Assembly (NCBI GenBank): GCA_964106645.2
Contig: OZ067041.1
Strand: one strand, 5' to 3'
DNA from: Podarcis pityusensis
Lineage: Eukaryota
Length of the DNA: 64,000 nt
Under the pieces are notes generated by a model. It saw only the letters and a program-made list of their open reading frames with translations. It was not told the origin of the DNA and did no database searches. Positions within the stretch are counted from its first letter, which is position 1. Each line of letters starts with the position of its first letter. A program made the translations under genes and the position numbers. This document shows positions 12,251 through 26,045 of this stretch, one piece after another.

Positions 12251-15200
12251 ATGCATTTTTATTTTCCTCTAGTCATCCACAGGGCATTTTGTGTTCTAAT
12301 TTAAATAATTGTATTTTATTATCAATATATTATTTTAAGTGGAACACAAAATGCCCATGGGGGAAGCAGAAAGAAATCAAATGTGTGGCAAATAAGTATA
12401 GGCATGTAATCTGCAATCCGGAGGAATGAAAGATGAGCATGCCTGGGTCCTTTTAAAATCATCCTCATTCCAATATGACACCGGCCTGTTGGTAGTTCTT
12501 GTGCTGTTTAGCTGTGATAAGATTTTAAACAAAGTATTCCTACATAGAATAAAATAGTGTTGTGCAAATATCACTAAACAATTTGCATTGGAGACTTTCA
12601 ATGACTTGCAGAGGAAAGGGGAAATGTTTAAAGCAAATAAGGTATTTCCTCCCTGTAGTGTAAGCTCCTAAGGTGGAATTCTCTCACAGTAAGATACCTG
12701 TTACGTTTTTGTTTTGTTTGTGCATGTGTTTTGGGTAATACTGCCCTGAACACATTTAAGTGATTTCATATGGGAACAATGCCAGAATAAGAAAGGTGTG
12801 TGCTTTTGATGCCAAGACAGTAAGAAAAGGTTCTGTAGGTAGGCAGTTGCAAGAGCCAGGAATCGACTGAAGAAACAATGAATGCACTGGTTTGAGGCCT
12901 CAGTAGAAAGATTGAGGCTGCTTAGCTACTTGGCAAACACATTTTCAAATACTTATTTTGATTTTTCTACCCTTCAGTAAGGAGGAAAATTTTGTTTGAC
13001 TCAGAGTATTATGATTTAAACTTGGAATGTTGGCATATCTGGGGAAGTTCTTTACCAGACCTTTCCACAGATGCTCCCTTTTCCCTCTCCCTCAATGAAG
13101 TGTTCAGGAAACCAGTCTGGTAATGGCAGAAGCTGTGTAGGCCTGATCCTTAAGACCTTGGTGCTCCTACCATTGAGCTTATCAAAAACAATACTTTGGG
13201 AGCTATAGCTCTTGTGATCCTGCGGTAGTGGATGGTTAGGAGCCTCCAGATCTTATGGATGAAGCCTACAAACCTGTCACCAACCATCTTTCCCCATTGA
13301 AGGGTGGGAATGTGGTGGGCAATGACCCTATGGAACTCCCCATCCTAAAATTCAGGTATTTCATGCTACAGGTAAAGCTTTAGAATTTCCAAATATTTGT
13401 TTCACTTAATAAGTGATAGGGGGTGTCATATACACCGGGGTGTGTGTGTGTGTTATACACGGAAAAATATGGTATTCCACTGACCTCTGACAGTATTGCA
13501 AATTAACATTTTCTGGAAAAAGCAAAATAAAAAATTATAATGGTTCATGATAAAATTATAAGAAGTTTGCTATAGTCCTGCACATGGAAAAGGGAACAAA
13601 ACCATAGGAATAAAACAATATTGAAGAAAAAACACTCTTCTAAAGTAAAGACACATGCACAACAGGCGGCTTGGAGGAGGCATCTCACTGGAGGTTGCAC
13701 TGGCAGATTCCTTGAAACCCAAGCACAGCAGAGTGTAGATCTCAGTATTCTGCACTTAGCAAACTTCAGTGTGTTCAATCCTGTTGATCACAATTTGAAG
13801 AGAATGTCAATAAATTTAAGAGGTTTCATTAGATAGCAACAAAGTGTAGATTTTAAAGCTTACATTATTAGGAATCATTTAATATATCCCTCCAAATGTT
13901 TTTTGACCAGTGTAGTTATTGCTTTTAGAGATGTTAAGAGATGCTTGAACGTTGTATGTCTCCCACCTGCTCCTGTTTCCTCACTTTCAAGCTACAAATA
14001 AGGACAACATTTAACCTTTCCCATCAGTTATGAAAAGAGAGAGAGAATAAATGTTGTAAACAGTGGGAAGCTTATTCGGGAAAGGGGGTTTGGATAGGCA
14101 ATATTTTCACTGAAAATCTTCTTTATAATGTTCCCACAACCCAGTCCTTTTATTGACATGCTTATATTTTTTTAAAATGAAACAATGCATGCTGAAGAAA
14201 CGTGTGACAATTTTGTTTCCTGGCTATGATTGGCAGGTGTAATCTTAGAAGAAACTGGAGCTGGGCTGAAATTATGGTGGTGGTGGAGAAAAGAGAATGG
14301 ATTTTAAAATTTGGGGAGGGGAGGAGGTAAGTTTCCCCAAAATGTTGGGGTGGAGGTTGGCTTACCTTTGTGGTGAATAAGACATTCTTCCCCTTTCCTG
14401 TACTTGTAAAAAAGCCTCATAGCCCCTTGCAGCATCAGCAGGGTTCAGTAGTAGCCTACCACTTGTGTTTCTTAAGAAGTGCTGAATCTTGCTGCTGCTA
14501 TAAGCAAGCATGAGGCTTTTTAAAAAGTGCTGGAAAAGGGAAGGGCTTTAGCCAACTTGTAAAATTAACTAAGGTAAGTCATCCCTCTTAAAATTTGAGA
14601 AATTTGCTTCCCCCTCCCCCACACTTTTGCAGGGGGTAGATAGCCTCCTGAAAGTGCCTGAGAGACTATTTAGCCCAGACTTAGGAGAAGCAGTCTTCCA
14701 TCTCACACCAGGAGGAGAAACTCTTCTGAGATGGTGGCTACTGCCTAAGTTTTTCCCCCTCTTCAGTTCAAGCACTGCTTTCCTTTGTGGGCCAGAGGCA
14801 AAACTTCAGTGGTGTGACAGATAATGATAACTCTTATTTTTGTACAGTAGGCTACATTCCAGCCATGCTTTTTTAACTACACACTCAACTCTCTATCCAG
14901 GCAAATGAGACGTTATCACAGTTGAAGTATCCAACAAGGCAAATTACTTGAGGAGGGAGTGACTGGTGGGAAGAGTGGCCTGAGGAGAGTCCTGAGGGTC
15001 AGATGGAGAGGCCCAGAGGGCTCCGTATGATCCCAGGACCTGGATGTAAAGTGTACCTTCTTTAAAACTTTTGTTTGTATACAAATGCTGCAGCTTTAAT
15101 TGAGTACAAAAAGAGGATCATTCAGCTAATGCTCCTTAATTCAGGTGAGAGTCTTAACTGAAATACGATGTTCAAACTAGGCTTTATAGGTATGTTGACA

Positions 15201-15285
15201 TGTATGCATATGGAACTACATTATAGCTTGTCAGACTCATTTATTTAATTTTAAACCCTTCACATTTTCTATTTCTTATTACTAG

Positions 15286-16735
15286 AACAACAACAACCTT
15301 GATGCTTGTTGTCGAGCTCTTGCACAGGAGAGTAACAAATACCTATACATGGAGTACCACCCAGATGACACTCGTCACAGGAATCGCCATCTGCATATTA
15401 ACCTCGGCATCCATCCTCACACCAGCTATCACGGAGGGGATGGAGCTCAACTTAATGGTGGTCGTACACTGGTACATAGTTCAAGTGATGGACATATTGA
15501 TCCACAACACACAGCAGGTAAACAACTGATATGCTTAGTTCAAGAACCACACTCTGCTCCAGCTGTTGTGGCAGCTTCTCCCAACTACAATCCATTTTTT
15601 ATGAATGACCAGAATAGAAACGCAGCTACTCCTCCTTTGCAACCACCTCAGCAACCTTCTTCCATACAACCTGGAATGAATACATCTGCTATGCAAGGCC
15701 CACCTCCTCCTGCGTATATGCACATACCTCGGTATAGCACAAATCCTATAACTGTTACAGTGTCGCAGAACCTCCCATCTGGACAGACTGTACCCAGAGC
15801 TTTACAAATTCTTCCTCCAATTCCAAGCAATCCTTACGGGAATCCTGGATCTCTCTATATTAGGCAGACATCTCAAAGTTCTTCAGGACGACAGACTCCT
15901 ACTCAAAGTGCACAGTGGCATTCATCGCCACAAGGCCCAGTGCCCCATTATAGTCCACATCCACTGCCTGTTTATCCGCACCAACAAAACTATCAGCCTT
16001 CTCAGTATTCTCCAAAACAGCCCCAGATTCCTCAGTCGCCTTTTCAGTCGCCACCTGCTTCTCAGTGTCCTTCTCCTTTTGGCTCTCCTCAGCATCAAGT
16101 TCAGCCTAGCCCGTTGGGCCATCAAAGTTCCCATGTGTTTATGCCTCCTAGTCCTTCAACTGTGCTACCCCATTCATATCAACAAACACCCCAAACATAT
16201 CAGAAACCAAGTGGACACTCAGTATCTTATCTTCCATATGGTGGACCTAGCTTATCCAAAAGCTCCATGAACAAGATAGAAATTACCGTTGAGCCACCAC
16301 AAAGACCTGGGACTACAATGAATAGGAGCCCTTCACCTATAAGTAACCCACCTTCGCAACGGAATCAGCACCCACTGTACGCACCTGCTACTCCTCCTTC
16401 AAGTTCTCCTTCCAGAAGTATGTCAGGTCAGCCCAAACCTCCTTATAGTGTTAATCCTTTATATATAACATATACACAGCCAGCTGGACCTACGGGTGTG
16501 CTTACTCAGTCACCTCGGGTCATGGTATCTCAGCCAAATCCAGCAATTTTTAAAATCACCGTAGGCAGAGCACCAGCTGAGAACCTTTTAAATTTAGTGG
16601 ACCAAGAAGAGCATTCTGCAGCACCAGAACCAATTCAGCCTATTTCAGTTGTACCAGGATCTGGATGTGAAAGAGGAAGCCATAAGTATCAGAGGAGCTC
16701 CAGTTCTGGGTCCGATGACTATGCTTATACTCAAG
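15286..16735 (+). CDS. TAB3: TAB3 coding exon 2 (end of CUE domain plus long Pro/Ser/Gln-rich region)
   Basis: Acceptor ttattactag|AAC. Reads NNNNLDACCRALAQESNKYLYMEY...RYSTNPITVTVSQNLPSGQTVPRALQILP...SSSSGSDDYAYTQ. 1450 nt, phase 0 to 1, donor G|gtaaac. Includes the 492-aa ORF of the track. Confidence 0.97.
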
Positions 16736-17679
16736 GTAAACTTATTGAATTGCATGTTGCAGTAATTATCGAAAAGAATTATTTGCACTGTGGTACATCC
16801 TCCGTGCTTTGGTTTCTAAACTACTAACAGTCTTTCAATTTCTTAAGCCATTGCGGAATGCCATGGTTATTTTATCGGGATTCATTAATGGCAAATATAT
16901 ATCACCTTATTTCATAAGAGAGAAGATAGAATGAGCATATACTCTGGAAGTTCATTGTCTCTGCAGCAGCAAAGGAGGTGTCAGGATGTAGCTTAAGGGC
17001 TACTTTGCCACTGTAGTGTGGGACGATGTTGCAGTATATTGCATTGATACAATGTGGTTCAGAAGAAACAGTTGTTGATGCCATATAATGCATAACCTAA
17101 TTAGCACAGAAATGGTCTGGGGGTTGGAATGGATATGCTTAATTCAACTGACTGAATACCACCCTAGAGTAACTTCTGCCCATATAGAGCTAACACAGTC
17201 CTGCATATCTTAGCGTACTAGACTTACTGTGCAAGGTTAGAATTTACAGAGCAAGTAGTGGTCTTGATGTGCAATAACATTACATGCTGTTGAGGCTTTG
17301 TCAGCGCAAACTCCTGTGTAATGTCAAAACTGGTTGAAGTTTTTGGATTGAAGATGGGTTTATCTGCAGTTCAATAATTTTTGAAGTGCGTTATTGAAGC
17401 CTTTTTAATTTTTTTCATGTTTTTGAAGTACATCTGCTAAGAAACTAGATGCTTTAGCAAAAACACCATAGTTGATGTGGAGAGGAGAACATGCATAAAG
17501 GTGCATTATTGTGGAGTGCTTTTGAAACCTAATTAAGCTTCCAATTGTATGATGAGCTACTTTTCCAAGGCTGCATAGGAAGGTTAACAATAATGTTTGT
17601 TACCTAGCAAAGAGAAAGGAGACAAATGGATCTGGGCCCTTGATAAATTTGGTTTGGGATGACTGTAGCTCTGTAATTG

Positions 17680-17750
17680 GGGAGCAGCTCAGTGGTAGAA
17701 AACCTGACTTGCATGTGGAATGTCCCTGATTCAATTCCCTGACAACTCCG
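17680..17750 (+). mobile_element. Degenerate tRNA-derived SINE head
   Basis: A-box-like GCAGCTCAGTGGTAGAA and B-box-like GATTCAATTCC at tRNA-like spacing. No intact cloverleaf is evident. Confidence 0.55.
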
Positions 17751-20700
17751 GTTAAAAGTATCAGATACCAGCTGATGTGAAAGGCCTCTATCTGTGACCT
17801 GCTAGTCAGAGTAGGCAATATTTTATTATTTATTTTCAGCATCTATAAGCTGCCCTAAAAACAAATAGGGTGATTCACTAATTAAAAAAAAACACAAGTT
17901 AAAAATCATAAATAGTAAAAATGATGATACAATCTGATTCGGCATGATAGAGCAGAAAATAAAACCGTAAAAACCAAAGCAAACTTTGATTTAAAAGGAC
18001 TGCAGAGATAAAAAGGTATTTATATAGCGTTGAAAAGATAGTAAAGAAGGTGCTAGGCGAACCTTTTTAGGGAGGGCATTCCATAGCTAGTATGCCATAT
18101 CTCTCCTGGAGATGACAGCCAGAGAAGGACCTCTAAAGATGACCTCAGGGTCTGGGTAAATAACATGGGAAGAGGCAATCTTTCAGATACTGGACCTATC
18201 TTCAATATTGGGTAGATGTACACATAGTTTTGGCAACATTATTGTGTCTGGTGATCTAAACATGTTTTTAAAAAAACAAAATATGGCAGAGTTTATATAG
18301 TTGTTCGGTTTTACCCTACTTCTCAGATCTCCAGTTTAGAGACCTAAGATAGCATAACACTAACAGATTTCTGTCTGATCTCCTAAAGCATTCCTGCTTA
18401 GCAGGTTGACAACGCTAGCGTAGATGGACCTGTTGGCATAGCTCAGTATGAATCAAAATTTGTATATAATTTATAACAAGGAAGAAGAGCTAGCTTTGAT
18501 GTATTGTTTTCAGCTGTGGAATAGTCTGAAACCATGGCACTGGTTAACATGACAATGGTTAGAGCCAAGCTAAGTTACTTTTGTTGAGGTCACTGAAATC
18601 TACAGGACTTAAATCATAACTAATATATCCCATTGATTTCAGTAGAACCTAACTTCAGTTAACTTAATTTAACTCTATCTATTGAAATCTAAGCCTTTCA
18701 TAGGAACAACTATATCTTGTATCTTGCATCTTGCTCTTCTACCAAAGTGCTTAGAGATGTTTATACAAACATACAGAGTTTGTAACTCAAAGCAGTTAAT
18801 TATATTTTTAACTCTTGAACTTGCATACTATTTCATGGATAAATTGGACTGCCGATGTATTACTTCATTCCCATACTATGTTTTTTTGCTCTGGGCTAGG
18901 TGCAGGATTGTTTTACTCTGTACTAAAAAGAAATCCACATCCCGTGCCAAGATAATTCCAGTTTCTGTAACTTGTATAAATTATTCCAGTTAAGCCCCCT
19001 TGCTGTATTTCTCTTGCTTTTGTATGAGCTATTCTAAAGTTTACACTAGTTTGCACAGTTTATGCTTCTCCTGCTAGTCATGGGGGGAAATGAAGACTTC
19101 CAAAGTATGGCAACTCTGCCCTCAAACCCGTGGAAAAGGTACAAGTGTTGTACCTTAGTACCACAAGTGTTGTACAGTACCCCATATATTTGAATATATG
19201 GGGTGTAGTTCATTTTACTTCTCAGTATAGCATTCCTTACAATGTAAATTTGAAAAGGCGCATATGTGTTTAGATAAAAGAGTAGAATGCTGGCTATGGA
19301 TGATTGGAGGAGACTTGAGAGAGAAGTATGCAGAATGACGAGGATGTATCAAGAGAAAGTAATGAGTAACAATGTGCTAAATAATTGAGCTGCAAAACCG
19401 AACACTGAAATGTAATATCACAGTTCATACTGTCCTCATTCATTTTGTGAATGAACCATTGGCCTTGCTACAGATGTCTAATTGTGACATTTAGCAGAGA
19501 AATAATGCAACTATGCATTCAACTCAATTTACAGGACCTCTTCTAAATGTCTTTATAATGTGGAGGGAGGCTTTGTAGATCTATATTCGGATGGTGGGAA
19601 ATCTTGTGTACTCATGTTTTAAGTAACACAAGCTGCAGAATATTTCAGAGGAACAGAGGATGGTCAAGAATAGCTGTGCTGAAGGGCTCCCATGTTGTGA
19701 CTCTGTTTGTGCTTCAGTTTCTCCCACTACCACTACAATGCAGTTGGCAGCAAGTGGAAGAAACTGCTTTCCTGCTGTCTGCCACATCTGAGCTGCCAGG
19801 GAGTTGGGTGCTGTTCAATTGGCAGGCAGCCCGAGACCTCAAATTCTCCCTAAAGACAGACGGTGTGAGTACTTTGAACAGTTAGGAAGAGCAACCCTGC
19901 ATTTCCAGTACACTACAAAAAGAGTCATCAGTTTCTTCAACACAGCAGATTGCATTTCTGGAAGCCCTGTGGAAAGAGCAAGAAAGAAGGGTCTTCAGAA
20001 ATTTATAGACCCTCTGCTTGTAGAGTGCTTTTCACTCATTCCACCCACTCTCTAAAGCAAATGCCTTTACTTTGCAATCTCTCTTGATTTCCCCCCACTA
20101 AGGACAAAAATGGAGAGTTGGGAATTACTACAAAATCTAGAATTCGGTCCAGTAGTTAAACTTATACTCTACAATGAAGTCAGTTAAGGAGGGTCAGCCT
20201 CATCATAAGTTCTGTTCTGTTAACTAATTTGTATGTCCTAATCTAGTCACAGGCTGCTGCAGTTGATTAGAGCACTGATTTTGTAATCTTTTAGGTTAAA
20301 ACTGCTTTTCCAAAGAGTAAAAGCAGCTTTTGCTATAGTAATATGCTCCATTGTATCAAGTGAACTTGATTGCAAGCAGTGGAGATCATCTTGTAGCCCA
20401 GTGTCTTATACCTTTTGATTTTTTAGGATTTAGTCTTGTCAGTACACTGTTACAATTAGATTGCCATTTCATCCTGCACAGGTGCCTTTTATTTTTGAGC
20501 GGACAAAGAACAAAAAAAAAGAAGCAGTGGCCAGAAATGGTAATATCCAAGTTACTGTCTAAAATAATTATTTTTATGATGGAAGAACTTTATGTCTACA
20601 AGTATAGTTCCATTAGCATGAAACATTTCTACACTGATGTTTGGCTGCATGTTTATAGTCACTTTCTGCTCTTAAAAGCTCACTTGTATACTATTCCAGT

Positions 20701-20761
20701 TGCAAGTTGGGTTTTTCAGTCTTGTGTATTTGCACTGACTTTGTTCTCTATACCACACTAG

Positions 20762-20922
20762 CCTTGTTGTTACACCAACGTGCAAGGATGGAGAGGCTAG
20801 CAAAGGAACTGAAGTTTGAAAATGAGGAGCTTGAGAAGCTCAAAGCTGAAGTGAATGGCATGGAACACGATCTTATGCAAAGGCGTCTGAGAAGAGTAAG
20901 CTGCACAACCTCAATCCCGACA
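20762..20922 (+). CDS. TAB3: TAB3 coding exon 3 (coiled coil, TAK1-binding region)
   Basis: ALLLHQRARMERLAKELKFENEELEKLKAEVNGMEHDLMQRRLRRVSCTTSIPT. 161 nt, phase 1 to 0, donor gtaagt. Confidence 0.97.
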
Positions 20923-21450
20923 GTAAGTAAGAAGCTTTTAAAATATTAAAGTTGTTCCCTCCTAATGACAGGGTTTGTCACTGTCATGCCATATATATAT
21001 TATATATCATTCATATTCTGCCAGATAAGGTTCAGTAACCAGTCCACTTCAGCAGCTGGGTATCAGCATATTCTGGTAGCTGGTCCATGGTTTTCCCCAG
21101 ACCAGAAAGAGCATGGTAGTGTTTTCTTTGGTATTAGCTGTAGATTTGCCCCAACAGCTTGCATGTTAGCAACATAGTGGTCTCATCAGCTGGGAATAAG
21201 AACTCAGGCTGGGATAAGCTATGATAGGAAAAACAACTTTGTGACCCTGGTAGAAGCACTGTCATACTTGAAGGAAGGGAGAGGTGAAAGGAATAGGGCA
21301 GGTGACTGATTTTAAATTTTAAATACGCTGCAGTCTATAATAAACTTTTCTTGAGATAATGTCATTCAACATCCAAATGTTTTATATTTCTAAATTGGTG
21401 GTTCTTTCCCTTCTGACAAGGAAACTTAATCTGACTATGATATTCTAAAA

Positions 21451-21585
21451 CAGGTGTGGGGAACCTTTGACCTTTAAGATGTTGCTGAATTGCAGCTCCC
21501 AACAGCTCCAGCAAGCATGGCCAATGACCAGGGATGATGGGAATTATAGTTTAGAAACATCTGGAGGACTATAACCCCACACTTG
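21451..21585. mobile_element. hAT-type MITE
   Basis: TIRs CAGGTGTGGGG ... CCCCACACTTG with a near-perfect 8-bp TSD (TTCTAAAA / TCCTAAAA). Confidence 0.8.
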
Positions 21586-22142
21586 TCCTAAAATCTATAT
21601 TTTGTGGAGATTCACAAGTACAGGATGAATTAATTCTTTGCCTGTATCATTCAAGAAATTTACCAAGTTTTACTTATCATGAAACAAAACCACACATAAG
21701 TGCATCTAAGCTACATTGGTTTGAAACTTGTTTAACTGTCTTGGTTTATTCGCAAGATACATTTGGAGTCATACTACTGTGATGGTGCTGAAACTCCTGT
21801 TACTGATCAATACAGAAAGTATTAATTTTAAATCAATATAATTTAAATCGGAAATTTATGTCTTGATTTCAGTTCCCAAGCTGATAAATTGGCAATAATG
21901 TTTTGCCTGGAAAAAAGTCCATACTAATTTAGTACTATGCCAGTGGAAACGTACTGGTTCTCACTTTTGAAATGTTCTGGTCAAGGGACCCCACAAACCT
22001 TTTACACTACACAATTCCATCTGCATAAAAATAAGGAGAGGAAGAACAGCTAAATTAATATTTCACTGTACTTATGTATGTGCATGGCTTAACAAAAATG
22101 GTTATGCTGACTTCTGTTTCTATTTTTGGTTCTGCTTTCTAG

Positions 22143-22236
22143 CCTGAGGAGATGACCAGATTGAGAAGCAAGAACAGGCAGCTCCAGATAAACGTTGACT
22201 GTACACAGAAAGAAATAGATCTCCTTCAGTCTAGAG
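22143..22236 (+). CDS. TAB3: TAB3 coding exon 4
   Basis: [31 protein letters not shown]. 94 nt, phase 0 to 1, canonical AG/GT. Confidence 0.96.
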
Positions 22237-22294
22237 GTATATATTTTAAAATACTTACAAAAATATGTGTTTGTTTTGAGCTGTATATTTGAAT

Positions 22295-23270
22295 GTTATT
22301 GTTGTTGGCATCTGCCTGTCTCGGGAGACAGTAGAGAAGTGTGCCTTCAGGGGTAAAGTCAAACTGTTGGTTACAGCGCCTGCTGTGGCTGTAGAGACTG
22401 GTGCAGTTGTCCCATGTGTGATGATCCTCCCCAACTCTGGGATTGCATTTTCCCAGCAGGATTAGGAGTTTGGAGGCTGGAACTCTCCTGGCAGCCTGGT
22501 CTAATTCCTCATAGAACAGGTTCTTGGCCTGTATGTCAGAGCACATAGTGGAAGCGTAAATGCTCAAGGTGTTAACTGGACCAGTGGTGATTGAGAGGCA
22601 GCAGGAAAGCAAGCATTCTGAGCCCTCGGTTAGTGGTTCTATTGCAAACAGAAGGCAGTGCCTCACTGCAAAGCCTATGTCATTAACATAGGGTTCTTCT
22701 GGATGCCCTCCTTGCCAGAAAAAGGGTGTAAGTCTTTTCTTGGAGGTTGCCATTCAAAGCGAGTCTGGTCTCTTGCAAAGTGGCAACGTCACTGTTGAGT
22801 GTTTTCAGCTCAGGGTCAATGATGTCCATCTTCTCTGAGTCGTTGACCTGCAGCAGGTCGGTGGACAAGCCAGGACACATGGTCCTGATGTTCTGGCTTG
22901 CTAAGCACAAGAAGGGTTGTTTCTTTTCTTTCTTGCCTGGTGCCGTACTTCAGTCTGCTTGTCAAGTGATACTCTGAGTACCCACTGAAGCAGTCGGACA
23001 GTGGCAGGTCAGCACTTTATTGACCAGGGGCTGCCCAGCTTAAGGGTGAGTAATAGCTGACTGGTGAGACATGATGATCTCTCCTGCTGACAAAGGCAAC
23101 CCCTAGTGCTTGTACCTTAGACCATGGTGTTTTTTGCAGCATTTGCATCACCAAAGTGATCTCTTCAGGGCACAAGCCTGGGCAGTGTATATGGAGGTCC
23201 TGGGCTGCGCAGATGACCCGCCCCCTGTGTCCTTGCCAGTGAGGCCCAAAGGAAAGCAAAACAATATACA
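22295..23270 (-). mobile_element. RTE-clade LINE remnant (5' region and frameshifted AP-endonuclease, internally deleted)
   Basis: The - strand ORFs 22683-22910 and 22226-22753 give ...DVATLQETRL...YTLF / FWQG...IGFAVR...SIYASTM...FYEELD...LILLGKCNPRVG, which are APE endonuclease motifs. No reverse transcriptase follows. Confidence 0.85.
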
Positions 23271-23984
23271 AATGTGACTGGTTTCATGCACATTACTAAC
23301 ATGTTTTGACTGTCCTATATCTAGTGCAAAGTGATATAAACCTGCAGTTGTTTTCTCTTTGCCAGTTATTTATGCTGTTGGATGCTGGGTATTTCAGTTA
23401 TGCTAAACGTTGTGGTTTCTAATTTTTTTTGTTCCTTTCATTAAGGAGTATAAATTGAAAAGGGCACTTGCAAAAGCTGATTCTGACAGTGTTCCAGGGA
23501 ATTGCATTTTTAATTACAAAACAGACACAGCCTTTTCACCCTGAAAACACAGTCTCCTCAAAGAGCAAGGCATTATTTACTTACTGATTGATTTAAAAAG
23601 TAAACTTCTCCTCTGCTAATTCACCATAAGGTCCCAAGGCAGGTTACAGCAGGGTAAGAATACAATATTAAATCCGTTAAAATAACTTAGAATCTGAAGA
23701 ATAGGGTGGGTCCTAAAATTATTAATATCAGGTGCCAAAGGCCAGGGTAAAGAGGTGCATTTTCAGCATACAGTGAAAGCTATACAATGAAGGTGCCAGA
23801 TGCACTGGTGTGAGGAGGAAATTCCACAGACTTCCATGACAGGAAAGTCTAGACAAAGACCTGAAGGAGACAGTGTAGGCTGTCAACATCTCTCACGTTG
23901 AAAACATGCATGTGAACTAAAGCTAGTCACTTTTGTTACTATTTGTTCCATGGGGAGCATAATTTTTCTGTTTTTCTGTTTTAG

Positions 23985-24068
23985 GGAACTTTGACCCAAA
24001 AGCCATGACTAACTTTTATGATCATATAGAGCCTGGTCCTGTTGTGCCACCAAAGCCATTTAAAAAAG
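23985..24068 (+). CDS. TAB3: TAB3 coding exon 5 (84 nt, symmetric)
   Basis: GNFDPKAMTNFYDHIEPGPVVPPKPFKK. Phase 1 to 1, donor G|gtgagt. Confidence 0.96.
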
Positions 24069-24258
24069 GTGAGTCGCTAATAAAATGTTCAATATTTAGT
24101 TTCTAGTAGATCGCTGCTGAAGAATTTTTATGCTGAGTATTAGTATTTCAGTGTGTTGTATCTAATAATAGATTTGTTGAGACTGTTGTCTTGTGAAACA
24201 TATTTTGCCTTTCATTATTATATGCTGTACAAGTGGTGTATGGAAAAACCACTTAGCC

Positions 24259-25566
24259 CAGGGGTCTGCAATCTTTAAGACAAAAAGAGCCACTTGGACC
24301 CGTTTCCGAAGAGGAAAAAAACTGGGAGCCGCAAAACAAGCCAAATGTAAATAACCACACATTCTTCCCCTTCCCCCATTCTCTCTCTTTTCCCTGAGTC
24401 TATTTCAGATAGGAAAGAGGGGTATGGTACCTCTCATATCCATTTTTTGCAAAGCACCATGTGCACAGAGGGCATTATACAAATTAATACATAGAAAAGT
24501 GTCTGTCCCTCCCTCTCTTTTTACTAACAGCACATATCCATTCCTTCTGCTGGTGCAACTTTCTCATCATTTCTACATAGCAGCATTTATAAACCAGTGC
24601 CAGAGAAACTGGGTGAAAGGAAGGTGAGAGGGAAGAGATATGAATATTTATGTCTGTATATGTATACATACATACACCTACACAATTACAGGTTTGAAGC
24701 CAACTTAAAATAAAAAGAGCTGGTAAGCAAAGGAATCTGTGGTGCTTTCCTTGGGATCCGGGGACATGTCAGCTAATACTCTTCCCTTTCTTCCTCATTT
24801 GCTTGTCTCTGCAGCAAATCTCGAGGGGGAAGGGAGAAGGGCAGGGATTGCATAGGCACGAGAGAACGGGGGAAATCCCGCATGCAGGATTTTGGTGCCT
24901 AACCGCCCCCCCTCCCTCTGCAATTGCTCTCATGCTCCCCCGCCTGTCTCTGAGGCCGAGATGCTGCATCACGGCACCTGCTGGCTACCTCTGGACCCCC
25001 TCCTCGTCACTGACGTAATTCACCCCTTCCTCCCTGACAGGGAGGGCGGGCCCATTTTGTGGTTCACCTCAGGTGCTCTCCCTCAACTCGGCGGCCACTC
25101 AGAAGCAAGGCACGGAAAAGGATCCCGAAGCACCACCGCCACCCCTCTCTCTCTCACACACACAAAAACCCCGCCCCGCCATTTCCCTCGAGCACACGCT
25201 CTCTCTCTCTCTTGCCTCAGGTGCCTTGCGCGCGGGGCTGAGGAGAGCGTGGCCTGGGAGAGTGTTCCCCCTCACCGCCGCCCCCCCGTCCTACCCTGGG
25301 GGAAGCTATGAGCCATGAAGCTGCCTGGCAGAACTTCCCTCCGGCGGCAGCAGCAGCAGCCCTTCTCCGGCCGCCGCCGCCGCCTCCTCCTCCATCCCAG
25401 CAGCCGCCGCCTCTCAAGCTCCGCTGCCGCCGCCACCTTGCTTTGCCCGGCTCGGCTGCCCAGCTCCATCCCCCTCCTCTTTCTGGCACTTCTGCTTTTC
25501 TGCTCAGGGTCCCCGAGGATCTGCGGAGCCACGGCAAAGGTGTAAAAGAGCCGCATGCGACTCCCG
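24259..25566. mobile_element. hAT-like element carrying a GC/CpG-rich interior
   Basis: Begins CAGGGGTCTGCAA. ACTTAGCC is repeated exactly at 24251-24258 and 25567-25574 (8-bp TSD). AAAAGAGCC/GGAGCC subterminal motifs occur at both ends, but the right TIR is not visible. Confidence 0.7.
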
Positions 25567-26045
25567 ACTTAGCCTAATGTATTGTGAATACAGAAATAGT
25601 TAGAGCAGTATAAACGGCCATTTCACGACACATTTAGATTATGTTTATGCATGAAGTAGGATGTTGTGAAAAGGAGCAGACAATCAGCTTGACATTTTAG
25701 GTTCACCTTTTTGTTTTTTTAAGATAGCTGTTTCTTGATTAAGATGATTTTGCGCTTTCAGCTTTATGTACCATGATTTTCCCAGCTTGTACAAATTATT
25801 TTTTTATTTCCCCCTTTATGTTATTTAAGTGCAGCACCTTCTCCTAACTGGTTTCTTCTTTTGCTCAGCCGTTTCCCACTCCCTGTCTGTCCCTGTTACC
25901 GCTGCTGGAATTTTGTCTGCTTAGGAGAGAAAAATACAACTCTGCAACTACAGAAGTGTTACTGTCTTTCTTCCCTACCCTGCCCTTCCTTACTTTTGAG
26001 TGTGATCTGCCTCCTGTATCTCCACTGGGAAAACCCCTCTTGTAG

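Noticed and set aside
17680-17750. Possible tRNA gene
   Set aside because: A and B boxes are degenerate and the stems do not pair. It fits a SINE head.
24769-25577. Cluster of Ala/Pro/Arg-rich ORFs
   Set aside because: They come from trinucleotide runs within the GC-rich transposon interior and are not supported as a gene.
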